Part shown: positions 1 through 9,297 of the stretch, piece by piece
Layout: the number at the start of each line of letters is the position of its first letter
Position numbering within the stretch: the first letter of the stretch is position 1
NCBI GenBank assembly: GCA_038884755.1
Contig: JAWABJ010000002.1
Location: 1-64,000, forward strand
DNA: 64,000 nucleotides
Reading direction: 5' to 3'
From: Candidatus Norongarragalinales archaeon
GTDB taxonomy: Archaea > Micrarchaeota > Micrarchaeia > Norongarragalinales > Norongarragalinaceae
Position numbers and translations under genes: made by a program
Notes under the pieces: model-generated
What the model was told of the DNA's origin: nothing
The model's database searches: none
What the model saw: the letters and a program-made list of their open reading frames with translations, nothing else

Positions 1-389
1 TCAAGTCCTCAGCAGACGCAGCAGCAAGCATTATGCAAGCAGGAGATTCGAATTCCTTTTCCTCGCCTTCGGGACCGAGGTGTTCTAAAGAAACTTCTAC
101 GAAGTTCGGCTGAAAGCGGTTCGAGAAAGAATAGGCGATTTGCTTTAAAACGCGACTCGAGTGTCGTTCGTGAAGCCAAAACGCGGCTTGCTGCGCGTTT
201 AATTTTTGAGGAACTGGCTCGTGGGGAAATTCGGGTTTTCGCAAAACTAAGGAAATTGCAGTTGTCCAGCCGCCGTCTTTGAAAGCATAAAAATGATGCA
301 AGCCCTCCTCCCTAAGCATTCCAACCAAAGCCTTCATGCAAAAATTGTGAAAAACAATCTTTTTAAGCACGCGATTCGTTTTCACTCTC

Positions 390-662
390 ATGGATCCGCT
401 ACTGGCCAACTTTTCTTTCGGCCTCATTTTCACTTCGGCCTCAGCAGGAGCGTGGTTTTTGCAGAAAGAACGCGAGGAGATTGCAATGCGCTATTCCTCG
501 CTCGAAGCCAGGCTCAGCGAAGCCGAAAAAACACTCGCGCAAGTCAAGGCGGAAGAAAGGGCGCTGCGGAAAAAACAGCACGGCCAAGCCTCTCTAGCCC
601 AATTGGAAGACAAGATAAGGAAGGCGGAAAAAAAACTCGTGGCAGTCAAAGCCAAAGCGTGA
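390..662 (+). CDS. small membrane-anchored coiled-coil protein (hypothetical)
   Basis: N-terminal hydrophobic helix followed by E/K/A-rich heptad sequence; ATG start. Confidence 0.6.
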   Translation: MDPLLANFSFGLIFTSASAGAWFLQKEREEIAMRYSSLEARLSEAEKTLAQVKAEERALRKKQHGQASLAQLEDKIRKAEKKLVAVKAKA

Positions 663-670
663 CCCACAAC

Positions 671-934
671 ATGGAACTGGATGCTTTCACAGCGTTTCTA
701 GCGGGGCTAGCATTACTGTCCGCAGTTCTATTCGCACGCGCGCTATACAAAGTGCGCAAGGAACACAGGCACTTGCACAAGAAAATCCAGGACAAAACCG
801 CTTCCCTCGAATTCCAGGCGCAAAGCTTGAAGAGCGACTTTCGCGAACTGCAAGAAAGCAACAATTCCAAAGTCGATTTGGAGTACATGAACAAGCGCAT
901 CGACGCGCTCATCAACCTTCTGCACGGAAAATAG
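671..934 (+). CDS. small membrane-anchored coiled-coil protein (hypothetical)
   Basis: C-terminal part of ORF 293..934 from ATG 671 (MELDAFTAFLAGLALL...); one TM plus coiled coil; directly follows 390..662. Confidence 0.6.
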   Translation: MELDAFTAFLAGLALLSAVLFARALYKVRKEHRHLHKKIQDKTASLEFQAQSLKSDFRELQESNNSKVDLEYMNKRIDALINLLHGK

Positions 935-951
935 TTTTTTTCCGCAACGGT

Positions 952-1941
952 TCACAACACCTTGAAATCGATTGCGACCGTAAAAACCCTCGGCGCGTAG
1001 GGAAGAACCTTTCGCTTAGACAGGACCCGGAATTTCCTCTTGTTTTTCAAGCACGCTTTTTCTATCCGTTCCAACGCTTTCGCGAAAAAGCCTTCTCTCT
1101 CGCCGCCCACGTCGTAATAGTGTACTATGCATCCCTTCCTCGCGTGACCGACAACCAAATCCAAAAAACGGTGCGCGCCTTTCGGAAAAACCATCACTAT
1201 TCTGTCCGCCCATTTCCCCAGTTTTCTCGCGTAAACGCCGGCTTCGCCGTTGATAACCTCGCACTTGCCTTCGAGCTTGTTGAGCCTGACGTTTTCCTCT
1301 GCAAGCTTCGAAGCCGCGCGGTTCAGCTCAACACCCTTGACCAAAACTTTTTTTCTTTTGGCGATTACAATGTCGAAAGGCGAAACGCCTGCAAACAAAA
1401 CCAAAACGTTCTCTCCGTTTTTCACTTTTGAAGCGACGCGCAGCCTCTCAGCGCTCAAACGCGGGGAAAAATACGCTTTAGCCAAATCCACCTTGAAAAC
1501 ACACCCGCTTTCCTTATGCAACGTAAGCGTTTTCCTTCCCCCAGCCAGCCACTCGTAATCGCGCAAGCGAAAATCCCCCTTGCGCCCGCTCGCCTTGCGC
1601 AAAACAGTCTTGATGCGCTTGTTCGAAGCCAAAAGCCTTTTTGCAATATACTTGCATCGCGAGCGATTCGCCGGAGTTTCGATTATCGCTATGTCGCCCA
1701 CAAGGTCGAACGAAGACGGTGCGCCGCGAGCAAGCGCTTTCAAAGGCTTCGGATTTTCTATCGCGTCGAAAACCTTGTTTACGAAAGAATGCTTTACACT
1801 CACGCTAACACGCTTGGAAACTGGAAAGAAAACGAATTTCTCGTCGCGCTTCACGCCGAACCCGCGCGCGAAAGCGCCTTTCTCGAGCAATTCCTGCTTC
1901 GCGTTTTCGGCAAAGCGCTTTTCCACCTTCAAAGCAAGCAT
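952..1941 (-). CDS. trm5: Trm5/Tyw2 (Met-10+) family tRNA methyltransferase
   Basis: SFDLVGDIAI, HKESGCVFKVD, YFSPRLSAER, FAGVSPF SAM-binding motif, ELN. Confidence 0.85.
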   Translation of the reverse strand: MLALKVEKRFAENAKQELLEKGAFARGFGVKRDEKFVFFPVSKRVSVSVKHSFVNKVFDAIENPKPLKALARGAPSSFDLVGDIAIIETPANRSRCKYIAKRLLASNKRIKTVLRKASGRKGDFRLRDYEWLAGGRKTLTLHKESGCVFKVDLAKAYFSPRLSAERLRVASKVKNGENVLVLFAGVSPFDIVIAKRKKVLVKGVELNRAASKLAEENVRLNKLEGKCEVINGEAGVYARKLGKWADRIVMVFPKGAHRFLDLVVGHARKGCIVHYYDVGGEREGFFAKALERIEKACLKNKRKFRVLSKRKVLPYAPRVFTVAIDFKVL

Positions 1942-1970
1942 ACTAAAAACCCTTGAAAGAAAATTAGAAC

Positions 1971-2807
1971 ATGGCCGATTTTATTCAAGAGTATTTCATC
2001 AACCCAATTATTTACCCGAACAGCTACGCGCCTTACAACGTGTACAACACGACAGCGTATGCCATAATCGCCATAATTGCGGTCTACGCGCTCTACAAGA
2101 TTTTCAAGAAAACAGGAGTTGAAATAAACGAGAGTTTTTTCAAGGCGATTTTGCCGTTCGTCGTGTTCGGAAGCGCGCTGCGCATAAGCGAAGACGCCGG
2201 CGTAACGCCGCGAGTGGTGGAAATATGGGGCGTAAAGCTCTTTCCGTTCGTGACGCCAGGCATTTACGTCCTGACGTTCATTTTGCTCGCTTTCGCCATG
2301 ACCGCCGCTAGAATCGCGTATGGAACCGGAGAGAAATTTTACAGGGCGGTAATGGCTTTCGGAGTCGCCCTTGCGGTCGCTTCAGCCATAACCTCCGCGC
2401 CAACTCTCTCGCAAATGCAAAACCCGCTTGCATTCGCCGCAATCGCAATAGCCGCAGCCGCAATCCTTATTGCATTTTCGTGGTTTCGGAAAAAACAGGG
2501 GTTGCAAGCTTCGTTCCAAGAGAAAAGCACGGTTTTCGCGCAAGCGCTGGATGGAAGCGCGACTTTCGTAGGCGTTAGCTTCCTCGGCTATAGCGAACAA
2601 CACATCGTCGGCAACGCAATTTTCGACTTGTTCGGCGGCCCGTGGGCATTCTTGGCAGTGAAAATAGTTTTCGCGCTGGTCGTGGTGGAATTGGTGCGAA
2701 GGGAAAACATAAAGCAGGACGAGAAGAATTACGTCTTGCTTTTGATAACCATCCTCGGCCTCGGGCCTGGGCTGAGGGATTCGTTCAGGATTCTCGCGGG
2801 AGTCTGA
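1971..2807 (+). CDS. DUF63 family membrane protein
   Basis: YN.YNT..YA, PFVVFGSALR...D, TPGIY, ALDGSAT, Y.EQH, LGLGPGLRD motifs. Confidence 0.85.
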   Translation: MADFIQEYFINPIIYPNSYAPYNVYNTTAYAIIAIIAVYALYKIFKKTGVEINESFFKAILPFVVFGSALRISEDAGVTPRVVEIWGVKLFPFVTPGIYVLTFILLAFAMTAARIAYGTGEKFYRAVMAFGVALAVASAITSAPTLSQMQNPLAFAAIAIAAAAILIAFSWFRKKQGLQASFQEKSTVFAQALDGSATFVGVSFLGYSEQHIVGNAIFDLFGGPWAFLAVKIVFALVVVELVRRENIKQDEKNYVLLLITILGLGPGLRDSFRILAGV

Positions 2808-2811
2808 AAGC

Positions 2812-3057
2812 CTATTTTTCTTCAGGCGGCGCCTGCTGGCCGACGGGAATTTCAACGAAGCGAATGTTCTGACCGTCGGTCGTGTAAATAACGCGGATGA
2901 CTCCGGAAACCAGCTGTTTTTCGTCCAGCTTTCCCACCCACTCGAGAACGGTGTCTTCCTTGACTCCAACCGCGCCTTCGAAAACGGCGTCGACGGGGTT
3001 GAAACCCGCTTTCTTCAAAGCGTCAATTACGCTCAAAACCTCGTCCTTTACGTTCAT
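2812..3057 (-). CDS. hypothetical protein
   Basis: 81-aa ORF with globular composition filling the gap between genes. Confidence 0.55.
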   Translation of the reverse strand: MNVKDEVLSVIDALKKAGFNPVDAVFEGAVGVKEDTVLEWVGKLDEKQLVSGVIRVIYTTDGQNIRFVEIPVGQQAPPEEK

Positions 3058-3205
3058 CGCGAACCACCAAAAAACTTAACCCTCAAGCCTTTTTTAACCA
3101 ATGCAAAAAAAACCCCTAAAAAGCGGGAAAGAAAAGCTTTTTAATTTAAAAAGGGCTGTAGCCTTTAACGAATTGCACTCGCAAACGCTATGAAAAGGTG
3201 AAAAC

Positions 3206-3481
3206 ATGGTCAAATACGCTATCGCAAAACAACTGGCTGGAAAACGCGTCATAACAACCGACGGGGAAGAGCTCGGAAGGGTAATAGACTTGGACGTTAA
3301 CGAGCTTACCGGAAAACTGGAAAGCGTTTTGCTAGAACCCAATCCCGAGTCAAGCATGTCCGGACGCGCGCGCGCTTCCGGCGGAATCGTTTCAATACCC
3401 TACTCTTCGGTGCTCGACGTCAAGGACGTAATGGTAGTCGACAGGCGCAACTTGAGCATGGAACAAAGCGAACAGTTCTAA
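3206..3481 (+). CDS. PRC-barrel domain protein (CdpB-like)
   Basis: LAGKRVITTDGEELGRVIDL...TGKL...IPYSSV..V.DVMVV; SD AGGTG upstream. Confidence 0.85.
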   Translation: MVKYAIAKQLAGKRVITTDGEELGRVIDLDVNELTGKLESVLLEPNPESSMSGRARASGGIVSIPYSSVLDVKDVMVVDRRNLSMEQSEQF

Positions 3482-3494
3482 AAACGCAAACGGC

Positions 3495-4583
3495 TCAATT
3501 CTTTTTTCCAAAACCCGACTCGGGCAGCTCTATCTCCAAAAACTGTTTTTTCACGCCGGCTTTCAGCCCGTGTTTTCGCGCGACCGACTGCAACGCGCCT
3601 TTGTCCTTCACGGCGGCGAGCAATTCCCCAACCAAAACCCTGTTTTCGAAAACCCATTTTCCGGCCGACTGCAGCTCAACCGCCTTTGCCTCAAAGCCTT
3701 TTACGGCGTCCTCCTGCATCTGCAGCTGAAATTCCAAATCCCCCGAGGGTTTCGGCCGCTCTTTTTCTAGAGAAGCATAATAGGAAGCCACCGCCTGCGA
3801 AACAGATTCTGCCGCAACGCTCTCCACGCCTTCAAACTTTTTCAAAGCCACGCTCGAGAAAGCAAAAGGCTTACCGCCCTTGAAGAACACTGCAGGCGCG
3901 GGATTTTCAAACAACGACGCCATAGCCTTCAAAAGCCCGCTTTTGCCTTCCCCGAGGCTTTCAACATTCGCATTCAAAGCCACGCCTGCGCGGGCGCACG
4001 CTTCCTCAAGATAGAAAGGCGCGAGGGAAGTCTGCTTTGAAAGAAAGGAAACCACCTTCCCCTTGCCTTGCAAATCCCCATCTTTCAAATCAAGAGGATG
4101 CTTTTTTTCCGAAGGGGGCAGGGCATAATCCTCGCCAGCGGCAAGCGAACGCGCTGAGTACGAAACCCGCTTGAAAGGCTGAATTATTCGCCTTTGCGAG
4201 TCGAGCAAAAGCAAATTCCCCTGCTTTCCGAAAAGCTCTACTACGACGAACTGCGCTCCAAATTGTTTGGAAGAAAACGCAAATTCAAAAATCCTGTCGA
4301 AACCAAGCTGCTTTACGTCCTCAAGCTTGGCGGAAGAAAGCCTCTTGCGCAAGAGCATTGCGAACGAAGAAGGCTGTTTCGGGGGGGCGGGAAACGCGCC
4401 GCCCCCGGCAACGAAAGCGAAGCCCCTCAAATCCAGCAAAATGCTTTGTTTTGAAAAACGCAGGCGGAAAACCCCCCCGCCGTAATCGTAAAAGTTTTCG
4501 AAAAAGCTTCCCTCTAACGAATCGGCCATTTCCTTCGCCAGGAAAAAACAATCCAGGTTGCCCAGCTGCTGAAAGAATTGCAT
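3495..4583 (-). CDS. NFACT/RqcH family protein, N-terminal part only
   Basis: P.SFAMLLRKRL, KQLGFDRIFEF, VVELFG..GNLLLLD, Y.LPP, HhH-like LAPFYLEEACARAG; start set to ATG 4583. Confidence 0.8.
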   Translation of the reverse strand: MQFFQQLGNLDCFFLAKEMADSLEGSFFENFYDYGGGVFRLRFSKQSILLDLRGFAFVAGGGAFPAPPKQPSSFAMLLRKRLSSAKLEDVKQLGFDRIFEFAFSSKQFGAQFVVVELFGKQGNLLLLDSQRRIIQPFKRVSYSARSLAAGEDYALPPSEKKHPLDLKDGDLQGKGKVVSFLSKQTSLAPFYLEEACARAGVALNANVESLGEGKSGLLKAMASLFENPAPAVFFKGGKPFAFSSVALKKFEGVESVAAESVSQAVASYYASLEKERPKPSGDLEFQLQMQEDAVKGFEAKAVELQSAGKWVFENRVLVGELLAAVKDKGALQSVARKHGLKAGVKKQFLEIELPESGFGKKN

Positions 4584-4668
4584 TTTAAACCACCAGTAAT
4601 AATGTAGTTGAGACTTAATAGAGATTATTGAGCCTCGGCTTTGCCTTCCGGGTTTAGGGTGCAAAAAA

Positions 4669-5340
4669 ATGCGTTCAATAATAGAACTGGAAAAAACCGC
4701 GAAAACCTACCAGCTTGGAACGGTAAGCGTTCCGGCGTTGAGGGGCGTTTCAGTGAAAATAAAGAAAGGCGAGTTCGTCGCGATAACCGGCCCGAGCGGT
4801 TCTGGAAAGACAACGCTCATGAACATGGTCGGAAGCCTGGATTTGCCCACGTCCGGCAAAATCTACCTAGACGGCAACGACATAACCAAAATGAGCGAAA
4901 GCGACCTCGCCCAACTGCGCGGAAGGAAAATCGGCTTCGTGTTTCAGCAGTTCAACCTCATTCCTTCGCTGACCGCGCTGGAAAACGTGGCTTTGCCTCT
5001 GGTGTTCCAAGGCGCGAGCGAAAGCGAACGCAACCAACGCGCGAAAAAAATCTTGGATGCCGTCGGCTTGGGCGACAAGCTTTACAGCCGCCCCACGCAA
5101 CTGTCCGGCGGACAGCAGCAGAGAGTTGCAATAGCAAGGGCGCTGGTTGTCGAACCGGAAGTCATTCTCGCCGACGAGCCCACTGGCAATTTGGATTCGA
5201 AAACAGGCGCGGAAATACTAGCGATGCTGAAAAAACTCAACGGCGAAGGAAAAACAGTGATAATCGTGACTCACGAGAAGGAAGTCGCAAGGCAAGCCCA
5301 CAGGATCGTGAAAATAAAGGACGGGCTAGTGGAAAATTGA
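4669..5340 (+). CDS. ABC transporter ATP-binding protein (LolD/MacB-like)
   Basis: GPSGSGKT, IGFVFQQFNL, LSGGQQQRV, ILADEPTGNLD, VTH. Confidence 0.95.
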   Translation: MRSIIELEKTAKTYQLGTVSVPALRGVSVKIKKGEFVAITGPSGSGKTTLMNMVGSLDLPTSGKIYLDGNDITKMSESDLAQLRGRKIGFVFQQFNLIPSLTALENVALPLVFQGASESERNQRAKKILDAVGLGDKLYSRPTQLSGGQQQRVAIARALVVEPEVILADEPTGNLDSKTGAEILAMLKKLNGEGKTVIIVTHEKEVARQAHRIVKIKDGLVEN

Positions 5341-5343
5341 GGG

Positions 5344-6570
5344 GTGGTTGGAATGGAATTCGGAAAAATCCTTTTAATCCCGATTTTGCTGGCTGTAATC
5401 GCCGCAAGCGCAAGCGCAGAAACGCAAGGGCTTGGAAGCACGCTGGCGCTCAGCGGACTGCAGTACCTGCCCAACCCGGCAGTCCCTGGACAGTACGTCG
5501 ACGTTTACTTCAGCGTCGAAAACAACAAAGCCCAGGCGAACGCAATACAATGCGAGCTCAGGCCGGAATACCCGTTTTCCCTCGACTCTAATGAAAACCC
5601 GACGCGCGAAATAGGCACGCTCGGCGCTGGCCAGAATTTCGTTTTGAAGTACAAAGTGCGCGTGGACTCAGGAGCGGTTCTCGGAGACAACAAGCTGAAA
5701 CTCGCCTGCAAAACCAGGGAAACCGACTGGATTGAAGCAGAAATCCTGGTTTCGGTACAAGCCCAAGCCAAAAGCCTGGTGATAGACAAGATAACCATCG
5801 ACCCTTACGAAATAGAACCAGGCTCGCAAGGAACCATGACCGTGCACGTAAAAAACATCGCCTCCACGCCCGTGCGCGACGTCACGATAAAGCTCGAGCT
5901 GTCGAGCGAAACCCTCCCCTTCGCGCCAATCGAAAGCGCAACCGAAAAAAACATGCAAGTTATTTCCGGAAACCAGGAGTACGACGTCTCCTTCAAGCTC
6001 GTCTCCTTCGCTGACGCGGTGCCTAAAGCCTACAAAATCCCCATCAAAATCTCGTTCAAAGACTACTTGGGCAACGCCTACGCGCTCAACGAAACGGTCG
6101 GAATAATCCTCAACTCCAAGCCCGTCCTGGAAGCGTTCGTTGACGACAGCGAAATAATCCGCGCTAACACCGGAGGGACGGTTTTAGTCAAGGTAGTCAA
6201 CCGCGGGCTGAGCGACGCGAAATTCCTCAACGTGAGGGCGTCGGACACTGCAACAGTAAAAGTGGTCGAACCCAAGGAATTCTACGTTGGAAACCTAGAT
6301 TCCGACGACTTCGACACCGTAGAATACAGGCTTTACGTCAACAACGCGGAAAAAGCCGCTTTCCTCCCCCTGCAAATGACCTACCGAGACGCCAACAACA
6401 AGGAATACACGCAACAGGCAAACGTCGAGATTAAAATCTATTCCGAAGACGAGATTTTCAAACTCGGCCTCGAACCCAAACAAGGAATCAACTGGTTTTT
6501 CGTCATAGTCATCGCAGCAATCGCGTTCGGAATATACTGGTTTTACGTGCGAAAGAAAGTGAAACTCTGA
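5344..6570 (+). CDS. COG1361-type S-layer-domain (Ig-like repeat) membrane-anchored protein
   Basis: Signal peptide, P.PA.PG repeats, YVGNLDSDDFDT, C-terminal TM and basic tail; typical partner of MacB-like ABC. Confidence 0.8.
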   Translation: MVGMEFGKILLIPILLAVIAASASAETQGLGSTLALSGLQYLPNPAVPGQYVDVYFSVENNKAQANAIQCELRPEYPFSLDSNENPTREIGTLGAGQNFVLKYKVRVDSGAVLGDNKLKLACKTRETDWIEAEILVSVQAQAKSLVIDKITIDPYEIEPGSQGTMTVHVKNIASTPVRDVTIKLELSSETLPFAPIESATEKNMQVISGNQEYDVSFKLVSFADAVPKAYKIPIKISFKDYLGNAYALNETVGIILNSKPVLEAFVDDSEIIRANTGGTVLVKVVNRGLSDAKFLNVRASDTATVKVVEPKEFYVGNLDSDDFDTVEYRLYVNNAEKAAFLPLQMTYRDANNKEYTQQANVEIKIYSEDEIFKLGLEPKQGINWFFVIVIAAIAFGIYWFYVRKKVKL

Positions 6571-6586
6571 AAAAGGCGGAAAGCCG

Positions 6587-7813
6587 ATGGTAGCAGTCTT
6601 GCACCTGTTCAAGCTCGCCTTGAACAACATAAAAGAAAGAAGGCTGCGCAGCCTCCTGACGGTAATAGGCATTTTCATCGGCATTACCGCGGTCGTCGCA
6701 CTAATGGCTCTGGGAGACGGGCTTCAAAACGTGGTCGTAGGCCAGTTTTCCAGCATCGGCGCGGACAAGATAACCGTCATGGGCTTCAACGGGTTCGCCG
6801 CCTCGCCATTCGTAAGCGCCACGCTCCCCAACCCGCTCACCACCGACGACTTGCGCGTGGTAGCCAGAACACGCGGAGTGCAGGAAGCAGGCGGAATGCT
6901 CTTTTCAAGCGTCAAGGCCGAATACAAGAAGGAAGAGAAAAACACGTTCCTCCTAGGCCTGCCCGAAGACGAAAGCCGCGCGCTCGTGGAAGAAGGGCAG
7001 AATATTGAAGTGTCGGAAGGACGCACGCTAAAGACCAACGACAAAGACGCCATCGTGATAGGCAGTTACACTTCCGACGGCCTGTTCAAGCGCAAGATTT
7101 ACGTGGGGGAAACGCTGAAGATAGAAGGCAAGAACTTCAAAGTCGTGGGAATACTCAAAACCCGCGGAAGCCGCTTTGACGACGACGCTATTTACATGAA
7201 CGGCGATGAAGCACGCGCGCTCACAAACAAGCCTAAGCTCGAATCCATAATCATGGCGCGCGTCAAAAAAGGCGAGTCGCCGGAAAAAGTCGCCAACGCG
7301 GTTTCCGAAAACCTGCGCAAGCACAGGAACGTCGGGAAAGGAAGCGAAGACTTCGTCGCGCAAACGTCAGAACAACTAGCCCAAAGCTTCGCAACCGTCC
7401 TCGCAGTAGTGCAAGGCGTAATTGTAGGCATAGCCGCAATATCCCTGTTAGTCGGCGGCATAGGCATAATGAACACAATGTACACCAGCGTTGTGGAAAG
7501 AACTAAGGAAATAGGCTTGATGAAAGCGGTGGGCGCGCGCAACTCCGACATTACCCTGCTTTTCTTGTTCGAATCCGGACTGCTCGGGCTCATGGGCGGA
7601 CTCGTGGGCGTGGCTATAGGAATAGCGTTGAGCAAAATAGCCGAGGCGATAGTACAGCAGGCGCTCTCAGCAAGCACGTTCATCGCAATAATAAGCCCCC
7701 AGCTGGTGATCGGCGCGCTGCTGTTCGGATTCGCAATAGGGACTGTTTCAGGCGTGCTGCCCGCGAGGCAAGCAGCTTCGCTGAAACCCGCGGTTGCGTT
7801 GCGCTACGAATAG
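6587..7813 (+). CDS. ABC transporter permease (MacB/FtsX family)
   Basis: RSLLTVIGIFIG, ISLLVGGIGIMNTM...ERTKEIG..KAVGA, PARQAASLKP..ALRYE. Confidence 0.95.
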   Translation: MVAVLHLFKLALNNIKERRLRSLLTVIGIFIGITAVVALMALGDGLQNVVVGQFSSIGADKITVMGFNGFAASPFVSATLPNPLTTDDLRVVARTRGVQEAGGMLFSSVKAEYKKEEKNTFLLGLPEDESRALVEEGQNIEVSEGRTLKTNDKDAIVIGSYTSDGLFKRKIYVGETLKIEGKNFKVVGILKTRGSRFDDDAIYMNGDEARALTNKPKLESIIMARVKKGESPEKVANAVSENLRKHRNVGKGSEDFVAQTSEQLAQSFATVLAVVQGVIVGIAAISLLVGGIGIMNTMYTSVVERTKEIGLMKAVGARNSDITLLFLFESGLLGLMGGLVGVAIGIALSKIAEAIVQQALSASTFIAIISPQLVIGALLFGFAIGTVSGVLPARQAASLKPAVALRYE

Positions 7814-7819
7814 AAAATC

Positions 7820-7999
7820 TCAAGAACGGCGGACTACAAACAAGGGTATTACGTTCTTTTCCAACTCAATCTGCGCCAGCTTCACCGGGCTGATGGTATT
7901 CGCAGCCTTCACCAAAGGCGGCGCGCCCATAGCAAGCTGCAACGCCCTCGCGCCGACAATGCGCGCCCGCTCGTATTTAGTCAAGTCTTGAGCCTTCAA
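7820..7999 (-). CDS. rpoK: RNA polymerase subunit Rpo6 (K)
   Basis: 59-aa ORF absent from the ORF track, translated by hand: MKAQDLTKYERARIVGARALQLAMGAPPLV...LAQIELEKNVIPLFVVRRS; TTG start after GGTGG. Confidence 0.95.
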   Translation of the reverse strand: MKAQDLTKYERARIVGARALQLAMGAPPLVKAANTISPVKLAQIELEKNVIPLFVVRRS

Positions 8000-8124
8000 A
8001 GAAACACCACCTTAAGTTCCAAAGTCATGGTTTGCGCTTAAAACAAAAAAAAAAAAACGGTATTTATCTGCGCGCCGGGGTTTAAAAAAGCAACGCATAA
8101 AAACGCCCCTTGCGTAAAGCAACC

Positions 8125-8355
8125 ATGAAACGATTCAAAGGCAAGGGCAAAAAAACGCGGGCCATAACCATCAAAATTCGCGTTCCGAACGCGGAAAAGC
8201 GCCTGCACAAGTTCATAGACGCGTGGAAGCGCCACATACACGACGAAATCCGCATTCACAAGGATTTGCTTTCAGGAAAGCGCGGCCTTGAAAAACACTT
8301 GGACGAAACCATAAGCATCCACGCCCGGTTTCTCAAACAACTCAAGAAAATCTGA
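8125..8355 (+). CDS. small basic hypothetical protein
   Basis: ORF downstream of TTTAAA box; His-rich helical C-terminus; start uncertain. Confidence 0.5.
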   Translation: MKRFKGKGKKTRAITIKIRVPNAEKRLHKFIDAWKRHIHDEIRIHKDLLSGKRGLEKHLDETISIHARFLKQLKKI

Positions 8356-8359
8356 GCGG

Positions 8360-9085
8360 CTACTCCTCGAAATCCGAATACTCGGAATTGTTGAACTCGT
8401 ACAAGCTCTTAACTATCTTCTTCCCCTCCAACGCGTGCTTTTGCAAAACATCTTTCTCCGAAGAGCCTAACTCAAACTCGCCAGAGCAAGAAGGATCAAG
8501 CAAAACAATCTCGTCCCCCAATTGCGAGAAAACAACCGCGTGCTTGGCGCTTCCTTCCAGCTCCAGCACGCGCACGCGCGCGTTTCCACCCGCGCTTTCC
8601 AACAGCGAGCAAAGAAAAATCGCCCTGTCGAAAGGGTCTGCCGCACCCAACTCCACGATTTCGCTCGGCTTCAGCCAATAAGAAACGCTCAAATCCGCAT
8701 TCACCGGCTTGAGCGAAAAACAGTAGCCCAAAGCGGCTTTCAAGAAAGCCGGAAAATCCCGCTCAAAAGAATACTCCCACCCGGCATTCTCACCCCTCAA
8801 CCCCTCGAAAATCGTTTGCTTTACCCTCACGACAGCCTCATCCTCGGGGTTCACCAACGCCTTAAGCTCGGGAATGGTCTTATCTTCCATTAGCCCGACA
8901 GTGTCGGCATAACGCTCCAAAATCCGTTTGTACACCTCGGCACGAATCCTGTCCGAAGCACCCTGAACCGGTTCAGCCAGCTTTTGAGCCGGACGCTCTT
9001 TCCTATGCGTTTTCTTCGCTGAAACCTCGCTCAAGCGCCTCGCGCGCAGCTGTTCAATCAAATCATTCAAAGCCATAAGCCGCAC
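8360..9085 (-). CDS. transglutaminase-like domain protein, probably inactive
   Basis: YWLKPSEI...GAADPFDRAIFLCSLL...HAVV...LLDPS matches the YW..P.E...GDC.D.A..L.SLL...HA...LD pattern, with Pro at the Cys position. Confidence 0.7.
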   Translation of the reverse strand: MRLMALNDLIEQLRARRLSEVSAKKTHRKERPAQKLAEPVQGASDRIRAEVYKRILERYADTVGLMEDKTIPELKALVNPEDEAVVRVKQTIFEGLRGENAGWEYSFERDFPAFLKAALGYCFSLKPVNADLSVSYWLKPSEIVELGAADPFDRAIFLCSLLESAGGNARVRVLELEGSAKHAVVFSQLGDEIVLLDPSCSGEFELGSSEKDVLQKHALEGKKIVKSLYEFNNSEYSDFEE

Positions 9086-9297
9086 TTCACTACGCTATAC
9101 GCCCCCCCTTCGCTAGATACCAATAAAAACACCCCGAAGGCAAATAAAATCGTAATTGAAGTTTAAAAAGCGGCTTTTGGGGCGTGGAGAAAACCCGGCG
9201 AGGGAATTCCCCAAACCCCAAAGCCGTCTTCTAGAATTTCAAAAAAAAAGCCTGACTGCAGGCATACTGCACAGGCTAACGGAGTTGTGAAAAAAAA

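Noticed and set aside
1..282. Partial CDS at the window start (plus frame 1 open to 282)
   Set aside because: No recognisable motif; neither strand nor function can be supported
293..670. Long ORF 293..934 as one protein
   Set aside because: Its 5' part overlaps the more plausible ORF 390..662 in another frame
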